Shown piece after piece: positions 1 to 9,125 of a DNA stretch of 64,000 bases; the stretch's first letter is position 1, and each line of letters begins with the position of its first letter. The notes under the pieces are model-generated. The model did not search any database, had not been told where the DNA came from, and saw only the letters and a program-made list of their open reading frames with translations. This DNA is from an uncultured Candidatus Saccharibacteria bacterium (GTDB lineage: Bacteria; Patescibacteriota; WWE3; UBA101185; UBA10185): the NCBI GenBank assembly GCA_964510435.1, contig CAZEBU010000001.1, forward strand, positions 144,791-208,790, read 5' to 3'. The position numbers and the translations under genes are program-made.

Positions 1-35
1 ATATTACTTGTACACACTTCCTGCCCTTACAATAT

Positions 36-683
36 ATGAAGAGCAGGATACTTTTATTTATATTAATATTTGCAGCCTTTGGTCTTTTTTATTCCCAAAT
101 TTCTTATGTCTATGCTCAGGAAGTCCAGGGGAAGGAAACTCTTGCTACTCCCACATTCCCCAATTGTAATAACCCTCAAGGGGCATTAAAAGTCTCCTAT
201 GCTACCGGTATTCACGGAATCCCGGGAAGTGCCAGCACCAACACAGGAAGCGATGCTGTCTACAACCTCTCGGAAATCACTCTAACCCAATGTTTCTGCT
301 CATTAAACGGGGATGGTACACAAACAAATTGGTGGAAAGTCTCCAGTTTGACCATCGAACAAATAGAGTTCTTACTCGCTCAGGGATGGGTTTATATTCC
401 TGATGGCTCTGCATGGGGTTTAGATGAGGATCCATATGTAGCTTTTAATAGTAGATATGCGTGCGAAGAAGATGATGACGGTGATGACAACGACGAAAAC
501 GAAAATGATGATAGCGATCACGACAAAAAAGACAAGAAAAAAATGGGCTCCGTGCTAGGCATAGGAGGGCAGGTACTTGGTTTAGCTACTACAGGAAATA
601 TCTCTAGTCTTTATCTTTTTCTTGGGACAGGCGTGACATCTGCTGTGCTTTTATCCATCCTGCTAATTAAAAAGGAAAAGTGA
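36..683 (+). CDS. Secreted surface protein with C-terminal sortase-type sorting signal
   Basis: Signal peptide ending VYA; small Cys/Trp domain; acidic linker; GQVLG-LATTG + hydrophobic helix + KKEK; overlaps the sortase gene. Confidence 0.7.
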   Translation: MKSRILLFILIFAAFGLFYSQISYVYAQEVQGKETLATPTFPNCNNPQGALKVSYATGIHGIPGSASTNTGSDAVYNLSEITLTQCFCSLNGDGTQTNWWKVSSLTIEQIEFLLAQGWVYIPDGSAWGLDEDPYVAFNSRYACEEDDDGDDNDENENDDSDHDKKDKKKMGSVLGIGGQVLGLATTGNISSLYLFLGTGVTSAVLLSILLIKKEK

Positions 684-1219
684 AATTAAAACTCATCACT
701 ATACTACTGATAGTCATTACTCTGGTTTCTTTCTATGAAGTTGTAGTTATTTATCATAAGCGCCATCGGGATCTAAGCAGTAATTATGTGCAGGTGGAAG
801 CCGGCACCCTCACGCCCGTGCGTTTTGTCATCAAAGATCTAAACATTAACTTATCTGTTTACGAGTCTGAGATCTTCGAAGGAGAATGGCAAGATTCTGA
901 GGAGGGAATTTCCTACTTAAAAACCTCACCTCTACCCGGTGATGAAGGAAACAGCATTATGTACGGACACAATTGGGAAAATATATTGGGAAATCTGAAA
1001 GACATTCAGCAAGATGCTGAAATAGAAATCACCTTCAGCGACGGGGAATCCAGGATATTTAAACTACAAGACAAGTTTGAGGTCACTGCTGACCAAACAC
1101 ATATACTTTCTAACAGCGACTATCCTAAACTCACTATTTACACTTGCGATGACTTCCTGGATTCTAAAAGGCTTGTGGTGACAGCTGTTCCCAAGGATGC
1201 ATTACTGGGTAACCTGTAG
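680..1219 (+). CDS. Sortase
   Basis: N-terminal TM; GNSIMYGH (His), LTIYTC (Cys), RLVV (Arg) triad motifs. Confidence 0.9.
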   Translation: MKLKLITILLIVITLVSFYEVVVIYHKRHRDLSSNYVQVEAGTLTPVRFVIKDLNINLSVYESEIFEGEWQDSEEGISYLKTSPLPGDEGNSIMYGHNWENILGNLKDIQQDAEIEITFSDGESRIFKLQDKFEVTADQTHILSNSDYPKLTIYTCDDFLDSKRLVVTAVPKDALLGNL

Positions 1220-1306
1220 TAGTGGTGGTTAACTAGCCTGTAGTAATGGGGTTTTGGCTTAAAGATGGGTAAATACCACATTTTCCGATAAACGAAGGTG
1301 CGCTTA

Positions 1307-1335
1307 TTGACAAAGAGGAGGAGGTACTATAGTAT
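1307..1335 (+). promoter_or_regulatory. Sigma70-type promoter of the TasA-like operon
   Basis: TTGACA 1307-1312, 17 nt spacer, TAGTAT 1330-1335 (TATAGT overlapping). Confidence 0.55.
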
Positions 1336-1450
1336 TTTTTTATTGCTTAGATTTCATATCTTTGTAATATAAATTCCGAGACTATATGAATAGAATGAAT
1401 AGAAAGTTTTCCTGCCGAGGCAAGAAAAACTAAATAGCCTTAGCAAGTAT

Positions 1451-1476
1451 ATGTCGGCAAATTGCTGGCATTTTTT
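1451..1476 (+). terminator. Terminator-like hairpin in the 5' leader (possible attenuator)
   Basis: ATGTCGGCA...TGCTGGCAT stem with G-U pairs followed by a T run, about 55 nt before the start codon. Confidence 0.5.
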
Positions 1477-1530
1477 GTCTCTGAAGATTGTAATTTGGAA
1501 AATTAAAATATTTTAAGGAGGTGAAGTTTC

Positions 1531-2826
1531 TTGAAAGTTAATAGAAAAATCTTGAGAAGTGCACTGATCATTACTGTGGCGTCCTTGGCAATAGTAGCTG
1601 GAGGTTCTACAGCATTTTTTAGTGATACTGAAACTTCCACTGATAACGTATTGCAAGCGGGTGCGATTGATCTAAGGATTGATAACAACAGCTACTATAA
1701 CGGCGAACGTTCCACAGAAACTTCTTGGAGACTTGCTGACCTTACAGATCAACTATTCTTCAATTTTTATGACCTAAAACCAGGCGACTGGGGTGAAGAC
1801 ACCATTAGCGCACACATTACCAACAATGATGCTTGGTTGTGCATGGATATAACCGTCACAGATACGCCTGACAATGGTCTAACCGAACCGGAATCAGAAG
1901 TTGATGACACCCCGGAAGTAGGCGAGCTACAAAATTACCTCAAGTTTGTCTTCTGGGCTGACGATGGCGACAACGTCCTGGAAGAAGATGAGGTAGAGGG
2001 AATAATTGCCAACAATGTTCCTCTAAGTGAGATAGGAACAGTAGCGTTAGCTGACTCCGAATACAATATTTGGTCTCAGGAACCTAACGATCCCCTAGAG
2101 GGAGGCGAAAGAAACGAGCCTGTGTACTACGTTGGTAAGGCATGGTGTTTTGGTGATTTGACGTTAAATCCCGTTGCACCAGGCGATAATAGTCCGTTAG
2201 ACGACCCTGGTATCTTATGCGACGGAAGAACCGCCGGCAACGAATCTCAGACGGATGCTGTCTGGGCTGATGTTTCTTTCACAGCTGTACAGGCCAGGCA
2301 CAACGGCTCCTATAAATGTGTTGGCTGCGAAGTATCCGGAGACGGGTGGGCTAGCAGTGTCTATGACTCAACACAGGGTCTAAGGAAAAACGGCACAGCA
2401 GTGCCGGTAGGCAGATCTGATCCTACTGAGGCATTAGGTGCTCCGGATGGAGTATTCTACAGCCTGGGATACGGTGGTGAACTAGTGGTTACTTTCCCCG
2501 GCTATATCACCGGGAACGTAACTGCAGTTGAGGTTACCTTCGGACGAGCAGGCTATCCCGAAGAATTGGCTGACGTATCGGTCAGCGAAGACGGATCAAA
2601 CTGGTGCGACGTGGGTACCGCTTCGAACAAGGACACTAATGGAATATCAACCTTTGACGTATCCGGCTGCGGTCTTTCGGACATTGGATATGTCAGGTTA
2701 GTAGATGCTTCAGATCCGGATCTGCATAATACTACATCCGACGGATATGATTTGGATGCTGTTGGTGCAGTAATTTGTTTAGATGAACTAGAAAATAATG
2801 TTCGTTTCCAAACAGATATCGACTAG
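1531..2826 (+). CDS. TasA/camelysin-like protein with SipW-class signal peptide, subunit 1
   Basis: GSTA|FFSDTETSTDNVLQAGAIDL signal/strand motif, LKPGD, core ending AVQARHN; extra C-terminal beta domain; SD AAGGAGGTGA before TTG. Confidence 0.85.
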   Translation: MKVNRKILRSALIITVASLAIVAGGSTAFFSDTETSTDNVLQAGAIDLRIDNNSYYNGERSTETSWRLADLTDQLFFNFYDLKPGDWGEDTISAHITNNDAWLCMDITVTDTPDNGLTEPESEVDDTPEVGELQNYLKFVFWADDGDNVLEEDEVEGIIANNVPLSEIGTVALADSEYNIWSQEPNDPLEGGERNEPVYYVGKAWCFGDLTLNPVAPGDNSPLDDPGILCDGRTAGNESQTDAVWADVSFTAVQARHNGSYKCVGCEVSGDGWASSVYDSTQGLRKNGTAVPVGRSDPTEALGAPDGVFYSLGYGGELVVTFPGYITGNVTAVEVTFGRAGYPEELADVSVSEDGSNWCDVGTASNKDTNGISTFDVSGCGLSDIGYVRLVDASDPDLHNTTSDGYDLDAVGAVICLDELENNVRFQTDID

Positions 2827-2873
2827 AAAAAATTAGCAAATAAATTTAAGTAATTTTTAAGGGGGTGAACTAA

Positions 2874-4247
2874 ATGAATAGAACTAAAAGAATACTACTT
2901 AGCTTAGTACTGGTAGGTGCAGTGGCTGCGTTAGTTGGTCTAGGTTCTGCCGCTTTCTTTAGCGATACAGAAACCTCAACTGATAACGTTTTTCAAGCCG
3001 GTGAGATAGACTTGAAGATAGATAATGAAAGTTACTACAACGGAAGGTTCTCTGAACGAACAAGCTGGAAGTTAACAGATCTTACTGTCGAAAAGTTCTT
3101 CGACTTCTTTGATCTCAAACCTGGTGACTGGGGTGAAGATACTATTTCACTTCACGTAACTTCCAATCCCGCATGGGTTTGTGCCAATGTTGAACTTACT
3201 TCTAATCCTGAAAACGGAATCCTAGACCCAGAGGCTGAGGCAGGTGATACTTCCTCAGGCCCATGGAGAGGTGAGCTAGCCCAAGAATTGAAGTTTATCT
3301 TCTGGGCTGACGATGGAGACAACGTTTGGGAATGTTTAGAAAGAGACCAAACACCTAAAAGAGGGAACAGGGCACTTTGGGCTCAAGTTGGGGATAGACT
3401 CTGTGAACGACCTCTCTTAAGAGGTGTCCCGGCACAATTATTCCCGCAAGGGCAAGGTGGAACCACCTTCCCGATAGCAGATGCTTCAAGAGAAGCGCCA
3501 TTCAATAATCCTATGCAACCGGATCACACTTACTTCATTGGTAAGTATTGGTGTTTCGGTGAAATGGGTCTGGATCCGGTACTGTGGGATCAGGGGGAAA
3601 ATCCAACAGTACGTACAGGCTTTACTTGCGACGGCGAACCTGTAGGCAATCTCTCTCAAGGTGATGGTCTTACTGCAGACATTTCTTTCAAAGCTGTACA
3701 GGCCAGACATAACGAGGAGTTTGTTTGCGATTCAGGAATGACTATGGACCTGGAAAACAAAGATGGGAATTGGTCCGTTATAGACGACGATACCTGGGGA
3801 ACATTCTCCTACTACAGTGGAGAGGATACCTTCCACGGCTCAGTTTACGGACAAGGTTTAGAATCTGATGCTCTGTATCAGATCACACTAAACGGTCCCG
3901 GGCCTTGTACAACAACAGATGGTTATTTAGCCGGGTTTGGCAGTAACCTGTTCGAAAGTGGCTATTGGAATAATTGGGCTCCAGGTTTGGCTCCCACTTG
4001 TACTGGTAGTCCAGGCGAAGGTATATATAACATGAACTTAATCGACGATCATTACACCGTCATAACTGATGGCAGTGGAAAGTTCACTTACCCATTTGAT
4101 TTGTCACTTCCTTCTGGAACCTATACGGGTGTGAAGGTATTGGTAAAGAAAATGTTGGATACGCACGTATCGCCTTGGGTAGACAACTCAACCGAGCATA
4201 CAACTAACTTGTTTGAGACAGCCCCTGTCTCGTTTACTGTTAATTAG
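2874..4247 (+). CDS. TasA/camelysin-like protein with SipW-class signal peptide, subunit 2
   Basis: GSAA|FFSDTETSTDNVFQAGEIDL; core paralogous to 1531..2826; different C-terminal domain; SD GGGGGTGA. Confidence 0.85.
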   Translation: MNRTKRILLSLVLVGAVAALVGLGSAAFFSDTETSTDNVFQAGEIDLKIDNESYYNGRFSERTSWKLTDLTVEKFFDFFDLKPGDWGEDTISLHVTSNPAWVCANVELTSNPENGILDPEAEAGDTSSGPWRGELAQELKFIFWADDGDNVWECLERDQTPKRGNRALWAQVGDRLCERPLLRGVPAQLFPQGQGGTTFPIADASREAPFNNPMQPDHTYFIGKYWCFGEMGLDPVLWDQGENPTVRTGFTCDGEPVGNLSQGDGLTADISFKAVQARHNEEFVCDSGMTMDLENKDGNWSVIDDDTWGTFSYYSGEDTFHGSVYGQGLESDALYQITLNGPGPCTTTDGYLAGFGSNLFESGYWNNWAPGLAPTCTGSPGEGIYNMNLIDDHYTVITDGSGKFTYPFDLSLPSGTYTGVKVLVKKMLDTHVSPWVDNSTEHTTNLFETAPVSFTVN

Positions 4248-4280
4248 TAAATGAGAAACAAAGTGGTGCTCAACACCTTT

Positions 4281-4345
4281 TAGGCAGGCTCAGCCACCTA
4301 CCGCCAACCGGGTAAACCTGTTGGCAAACTGGCTGAGCAGGCCTA
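4281..4345 (+). other. Long intercistronic RNA stem-loop
   Basis: Nested inverted repeats TAGGC/GCCTA, GCTCAGCCA/TGGCTGAGC, GCCAAC/GTTGGC. Confidence 0.65.
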
Positions 4346-4350
4346 TAAAG

Positions 4351-5046
4351 ATGGTTAAGAAGAAAAGTAAAAAGAAAAAAGAGCAAAGTAGACTTGCCAT
4401 ATCTGCTGATTTGTTTCAGTGGGTAGTTGTATTCCTGCTGGTATTTACATCAGCCTCCTTAGTACTTTCAAATTTTGATACACCTTTAAGGTTTAGGGTT
4501 TTTAGCATCAATTCGGGGTCTATGAAACCAGCCGTCAAATTGGGCGACCTGGTCTTTGTTTTTCCTAGGGACCGCTATTATGAAAATGAGATCATCTCTT
4601 TTTCCGGTCGAGCAAATTTACGGCAGGTCACCACCCATAGGATTTTTTCCGTGAGCGATGACAGGGATCTTGACCGAATATCTTATGTTACTAAGGGGGA
4701 TGCCAATGAAGACCCGGACAGCGGGTTTATCTTGCATGATCGGGTGATAGGCAAAGTGGTTTTCAAGCTGCCGTTGTTAGGTTTTTTAGTAGCTTTTGCC
4801 AAGACGCGTGCCGGTTTTACCTTGTTAGTGGTCATTCCGGCAACCATTCTCGTTTACAGCGAGCTGAGTAGTTTGAGAAAGGAAGTTTCGGGTTTGCTGA
4901 AGAGTCGGAAGAAAGCTAAAGAAAAGGCCGAAAAAGTTAAGATAGCTTCCAAAAAGAAGGAAGAAAAATCATCGACAAAGAAAAGGGCTCTAAAAAATAT
5001 TAAAAAAACTAAGATTAAACGAAAACAATATGAGGACACTAAATAA
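4351..5046 (+). CDS. sipW: Signal peptidase I, SipW/ER-type (S26B)
   Basis: SGSMKP (Ser), VTTHRI (His), TKGDAN...D; two TMs; ATG at 4351 preferred over TTG 4321, which lies inside the hairpin. Confidence 0.9.
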   Translation: MVKKKSKKKKEQSRLAISADLFQWVVVFLLVFTSASLVLSNFDTPLRFRVFSINSGSMKPAVKLGDLVFVFPRDRYYENEIISFSGRANLRQVTTHRIFSVSDDRDLDRISYVTKGDANEDPDSGFILHDRVIGKVVFKLPLLGFLVAFAKTRAGFTLLVVIPATILVYSELSSLRKEVSGLLKSRKKAKEKAEKVKIASKKKEEKSSTKKRALKNIKKTKIKRKQYEDTK

Positions 5047-6952
5047 AAAACAAATTAATAGCGTTTTTTTAAAGATTGTCGCTGCTGCAGTGGTGGGAGC
5101 TCTATTATCCTCAACCACAGCGCACGCTTTCTTTTACGAGGATTCGGAAAGCTCAACTGCCAATGTCTTTTCTTCTACAAGCTTAGATTTAGGCTTGGCT
5201 TCAGACGAGGACAACTTCGAACCTAATGATGGTTGGATACCCGGCAGTTCCGCGGAAAGAATCTTTTTTGTCACCAACGAAGGCGATCTTCCCTTTGTCT
5301 ACGGTCTCAAGTACACCAATGGTGACTCCAACGATCTTTGTGAAAACACTGAACTGCAGGTCATGTATGACGGCGACGAACTCTACAACGACAAGCTGGA
5401 GGACTTTGACATCTTTTACGACTCCGGCGATCCCTTTTTAGATCATATGATGCTGCCGGCGGGACCGGATGAGCACGAATATTACTTTAAAATTTGGCTG
5501 CCTATTGATACGAATGGTGATGCCGCAGATGAAACTTGTAATTTTGATATTGCCGCCTACGCCTGGCAAGAACCATTAGAGCCTTATACCGGATTTTGGG
5601 ATGAAGACTCCTTAAGCAACGAAATAGAATCCGCCGACTGGGAAGGAGACCTAACTTGCAACATCGGTGAAACTGTCTTCATGATCGGCGACGAAGATGA
5701 TCCAATGGAAAATCCGGTTGATGAACTCAACTGGCCAGGTGAATTTGGCGTCTTTCCTGACTTTGCAGATCCGTTTGTAGTGGGTACTAACAATGATAAC
5801 GAATTCCCCTGGAATTCCAATTACGTAAAAGATGAGGCTACAGATTTTGACATTGACTTTTTCTACGCCGGTAAAGACGGGCTGGCCAAATTAACCATTT
5901 CCTGGTCGCCGGGGAGATCAGCCGCCGAACAAAAAGAGGTCTTCTTGGACGGTGACAGCGTGGGCACTACACCCAACAGAACAGGGGTATCTACAGCCGG
6001 TTGGTGGGAAAACATGCCTAGATTTGAAGATGAATTTATCTTCCCGTTATCACAAGGGACGCACACTCTAAACCTAAAGCATCTCAAGGGCGACGGTACT
6101 TTATGGGATTGGGTCGAGCTGGAAATTATTGGCTGCAGTGCAGGGGAAGGTGACGTGATCATTAACGAAATTATGTGGATGGGCTCTGACAGCTCATTCG
6201 AAGATGAATGGGTCGAACTTTACAACGACACAGACCATGATATTAATTTAGACTACTGGACCATTGACAACGCCGGAGACGGTAGCAAGCTTACACTTCC
6301 GGTCGGATCAGTAATTCCTGCCCACAGTTATTATTTAATTTCTAATTTCGCTGCCGACGACGGAGATTCTGCCCTCTCCGACACCAACATCAGCCCTGAC
6401 TATATCACCGGGGATCTTGACTTGGATAATGACGGAGAAACACTTACGCTTAAAGACGCTTTCGAAAATACCGTCGATGAAGCTGACGGTGGTAGTGGCT
6501 GGCCTGCCGGAGAGAACGGGGATGATAAAAAATCCATGGAACGAAACGATGTCCCTTCTACAGGCTGGCACACTTGTACGGATTCCGAATGCAACGACAC
6601 TGATTTCTGGGACAGTGAGGGTGACAATTACGGTACGCCAAAAGCCGAAAATAAATCCGAAAATGATCCTTCGCAGGAGCTTTTGCAGGAAATTTTAGAG
6701 GACATCGGTGAACCGGTACTCGACGTAGTGCCAAATCTGGAAGTTGACCTTTCTGCTGAAGAGGCCGTGGAAGAAACCGTGGAAGATATACCTACACAAG
6801 ATGCCGTTATAAAGGAGGAGGAAACTGTCGAGGGCACAAGCGAAGAGGAAGGCTCACCGGACGGCACACCGCCAACAACCGAACCGGATGAGGAAACCAC
6901 TGTAGAAGAACCTGCTGAAGAGGAAATTACCGAGGAAATAGTCAATGAATAA
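5030..6952 (+). CDS. SipW-class TasA-like protein with lamin-tail-like domain and acidic tail
   Basis: TAHA|FFYEDSESSTANVFSSTSLDL; VIINEIMW...EWVELYN lamin-tail motif; Glu-rich C-terminus with no anchor. Confidence 0.75.
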   Translation: MRTLNKKQINSVFLKIVAAAVVGALLSSTTAHAFFYEDSESSTANVFSSTSLDLGLASDEDNFEPNDGWIPGSSAERIFFVTNEGDLPFVYGLKYTNGDSNDLCENTELQVMYDGDELYNDKLEDFDIFYDSGDPFLDHMMLPAGPDEHEYYFKIWLPIDTNGDAADETCNFDIAAYAWQEPLEPYTGFWDEDSLSNEIESADWEGDLTCNIGETVFMIGDEDDPMENPVDELNWPGEFGVFPDFADPFVVGTNNDNEFPWNSNYVKDEATDFDIDFFYAGKDGLAKLTISWSPGRSAAEQKEVFLDGDSVGTTPNRTGVSTAGWWENMPRFEDEFIFPLSQGTHTLNLKHLKGDGTLWDWVELEIIGCSAGEGDVIINEIMWMGSDSSFEDEWVELYNDTDHDINLDYWTIDNAGDGSKLTLPVGSVIPAHSYYLISNFAADDGDSALSDTNISPDYITGDLDLDNDGETLTLKDAFENTVDEADGGSGWPAGENGDDKKSMERNDVPSTGWHTCTDSECNDTDFWDSEGDNYGTPKAENKSENDPSQELLQEILEDIGEPVLDVVPNLEVDLSAEEAVEETVEDIPTQDAVIKEEETVEGTSEEEGSPDGTPPTTEPDEETTVEEPAEEEITEEIVNE

Positions 6953-9125
6953 ATATAACGTCAGCAAAATATTAATAGTGTTTCTCACAGGTCTTTTTTT
7001 TGCACTGGCCGGAAGCAAAGCTTTAGCGATAACGGAAGAAATAACCATTACCTGCAACCCCGGAGACGAAGGCCCCAATAATTGCGCGGTACTGCCTTCC
7101 AACACAGCGCCCCTCTTTGACGAAAACGACTATCCTCTCTTTGATCTAAAACCGGGGGATGAAATTCACCGGGAAATCACTGTGACCAACAATCGAGAAG
7201 AAACTTGCTACTTTACCCTAACGGACGCCACTAAAACCCACGACACGGAAACACCTCCCACCTCGGGAAACTACTTTTCGGATAGATTGGAAACGGAAAT
7301 AACCGACGGTGTTGACACCACTGGTCTGATCTCTTTTGCTACTCTTTTTGGCTTAACGGATATTTACTTGGCCGAACTTGCCCCTTTTGAAACAAAAACA
7401 CTGGATTGGGACGTTTTCTTTGACAAAAACGCCGGCAACGAATACCAGAACGCCCGCTTGGTGTTTGATTTCACCTGGAATTTCAACTGTGGTGAGGAAC
7501 CTCCACAGACTGAGCTTTTCATCGAAAAAACCAATAACAAAATAGGTATAACCCAGTTGCCAGGAGCAGATGTAACTTACACCATTTTTGTAACCGCTTC
7601 CCAATTTTATCCGGTTTTCAACGTTATTGTTCTTGACCTACCGCCAGGAGGATTCACCTATACACCCGGCAGCTGGACAGCGAATTCCAGTGTGAGAGGA
7701 AACATAAAAGGCTTGGGAACTACCACGGAGCCAAGCTACACCTCACCGGGACTCTGGAACCTGGGTGATATGGAAGCTGGAGAGGTAGTTACTCTAACCT
7801 ATGTCACAAACATTAGCTCCTCTCAACAGCCCGGCTTATATAAAGACATTGCCTGGACAGAGGGTACCGCTACTTCAGACCCTACGTCAACTCGAGTCTT
7901 AGGAAATGCAGGTACAGGATTTTTTGTAGGCACTTCAGCCGCAGTTGATATAGAGGATCCCAAGGAAGTACAGGTAGAACCCGAAATAGAAATTATAAAA
8001 ATAGAAGAAGGAGAAGTTTTGGGAGCGGAAATATTGCCAGCCACCGGAGCCAATAACATCTGGGTTTTTATCATTTCCAACCTTTTTGGGATCGGTGTGA
8101 TCCTCACTATCATCGGCTTATATTTAAAGAGACACCGCAAGGGTGCGAGAACAGCCTTGCAGATCTTTGTCTTCCTTGCTGCTGCAGCACTTACCTTCTC
8201 AGCAAACGCTTTTGCCACCGATCTTCTCATTAGGCTTGCGGAGCCGGCAAGTCCCAACAACCTTAATGAGCTGGACCTAAATTTTGTCGCTATGGATGTT
8301 GAAAATAGGGCAGTCACCGTAAAGTGTTTTAAAAAGGGACCAAGCGAAGCAGCATTCTCACAGTTTGGGTCATCTACCATCACTATACCGGGTGGAGATA
8401 CAGGATATTGTGATGTAACCTCATCCGTTCTCTCCGGCATGGGAACTTACAAATTTTACGCTACAGCAGACGCAGGCGGTGATAATAGCACCAGCCAAAC
8501 GGTAACTATTGAACATGACGACGAACGCCCGGGAAAACCTCACAACTTAGACAAAGACAAAAACGGTTCCTGCAAATACGACATCAGCTTTACCACAGAC
8601 TCCGATGGAGGAGACACAGTTAGGGTTGAGGTTTATCGTTCGGATGATAAGGAATTTTACGTCAACGACTCTACAAAAATTAAGGACATCGTAGTTGGCT
8701 CAGACACAGACGTTAGCTTCACAGATGATAGACCAACCTGCGGTAAAACCTACTACTATGCTGTGGCGGCTTTTGACGCGGCGGGAAATCGTTCGAAAAT
8801 ACTCGTCGAAGAATTAGAAAAAGAAAAAATAATTATCAAGACCACTAAGGAAACAGAAATAACATCAGTTTTTGGAGAGATCACGGAGGCTATCGCCCTA
8901 GGAGAAGGTGCCATAACGACTCCAGAGGAAGAAGATACGGAAGAAGTCATCGAGGAGGAGGAGCTAAGTGTGGAAAAAGAGAAGGAAGAGAAGGTTTTAG
9001 GTCTGCAGGAAGTGTCGGAAGAAGAAGGGGCTTTCTCGGAACTACTAAAAATCTTAAAGTGGCCTGTTCTAGTTCTGCTAGTTTTGATAATCTTGCTTTA
9101 TGTTAGAAAGAAACTTAAAAGGTAG
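6945..9125 (+). CDS. Multidomain surface protein (TasA-like domain, DUF11-like, internal LPATG, FN3-like, C-terminal TM)
   Basis: Sec signal; LKPGD...AGNEYQ; IEKTNN...PGADVTYTI; LPATG at aa 364 + TM + KRHRK; second signal-like segment ending ANAFA; YYYAVAAFDAAGN. Confidence 0.7.
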   Translation: MNKYNVSKILIVFLTGLFFALAGSKALAITEEITITCNPGDEGPNNCAVLPSNTAPLFDENDYPLFDLKPGDEIHREITVTNNREETCYFTLTDATKTHDTETPPTSGNYFSDRLETEITDGVDTTGLISFATLFGLTDIYLAELAPFETKTLDWDVFFDKNAGNEYQNARLVFDFTWNFNCGEEPPQTELFIEKTNNKIGITQLPGADVTYTIFVTASQFYPVFNVIVLDLPPGGFTYTPGSWTANSSVRGNIKGLGTTTEPSYTSPGLWNLGDMEAGEVVTLTYVTNISSSQQPGLYKDIAWTEGTATSDPTSTRVLGNAGTGFFVGTSAAVDIEDPKEVQVEPEIEIIKIEEGEVLGAEILPATGANNIWVFIISNLFGIGVILTIIGLYLKRHRKGARTALQIFVFLAAAALTFSANAFATDLLIRLAEPASPNNLNELDLNFVAMDVENRAVTVKCFKKGPSEAAFSQFGSSTITIPGGDTGYCDVTSSVLSGMGTYKFYATADAGGDNSTSQTVTIEHDDERPGKPHNLDKDKNGSCKYDISFTTDSDGGDTVRVEVYRSDDKEFYVNDSTKIKDIVVGSDTDVSFTDDRPTCGKTYYYAVAAFDAAGNRSKILVEELEKEKIIIKTTKETEITSVFGEITEAIALGEGAITTPEEEDTEEVIEEEELSVEKEKEEKVLGLQEVSEEEGAFSELLKILKWPVLVLLVLIILLYVRKKLKR

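Noticed and set aside
1380-1480. Assignment of the leader to a known riboswitch such as c-di-GMP-I
   Set aside because: Consensus elements not recognisable; kept only as an unassigned attenuator candidate
5226-8950. Many short antisense or alternative-frame ORFs here and throughout the track
   Set aside because: Shadows of longer genes with clear motifs
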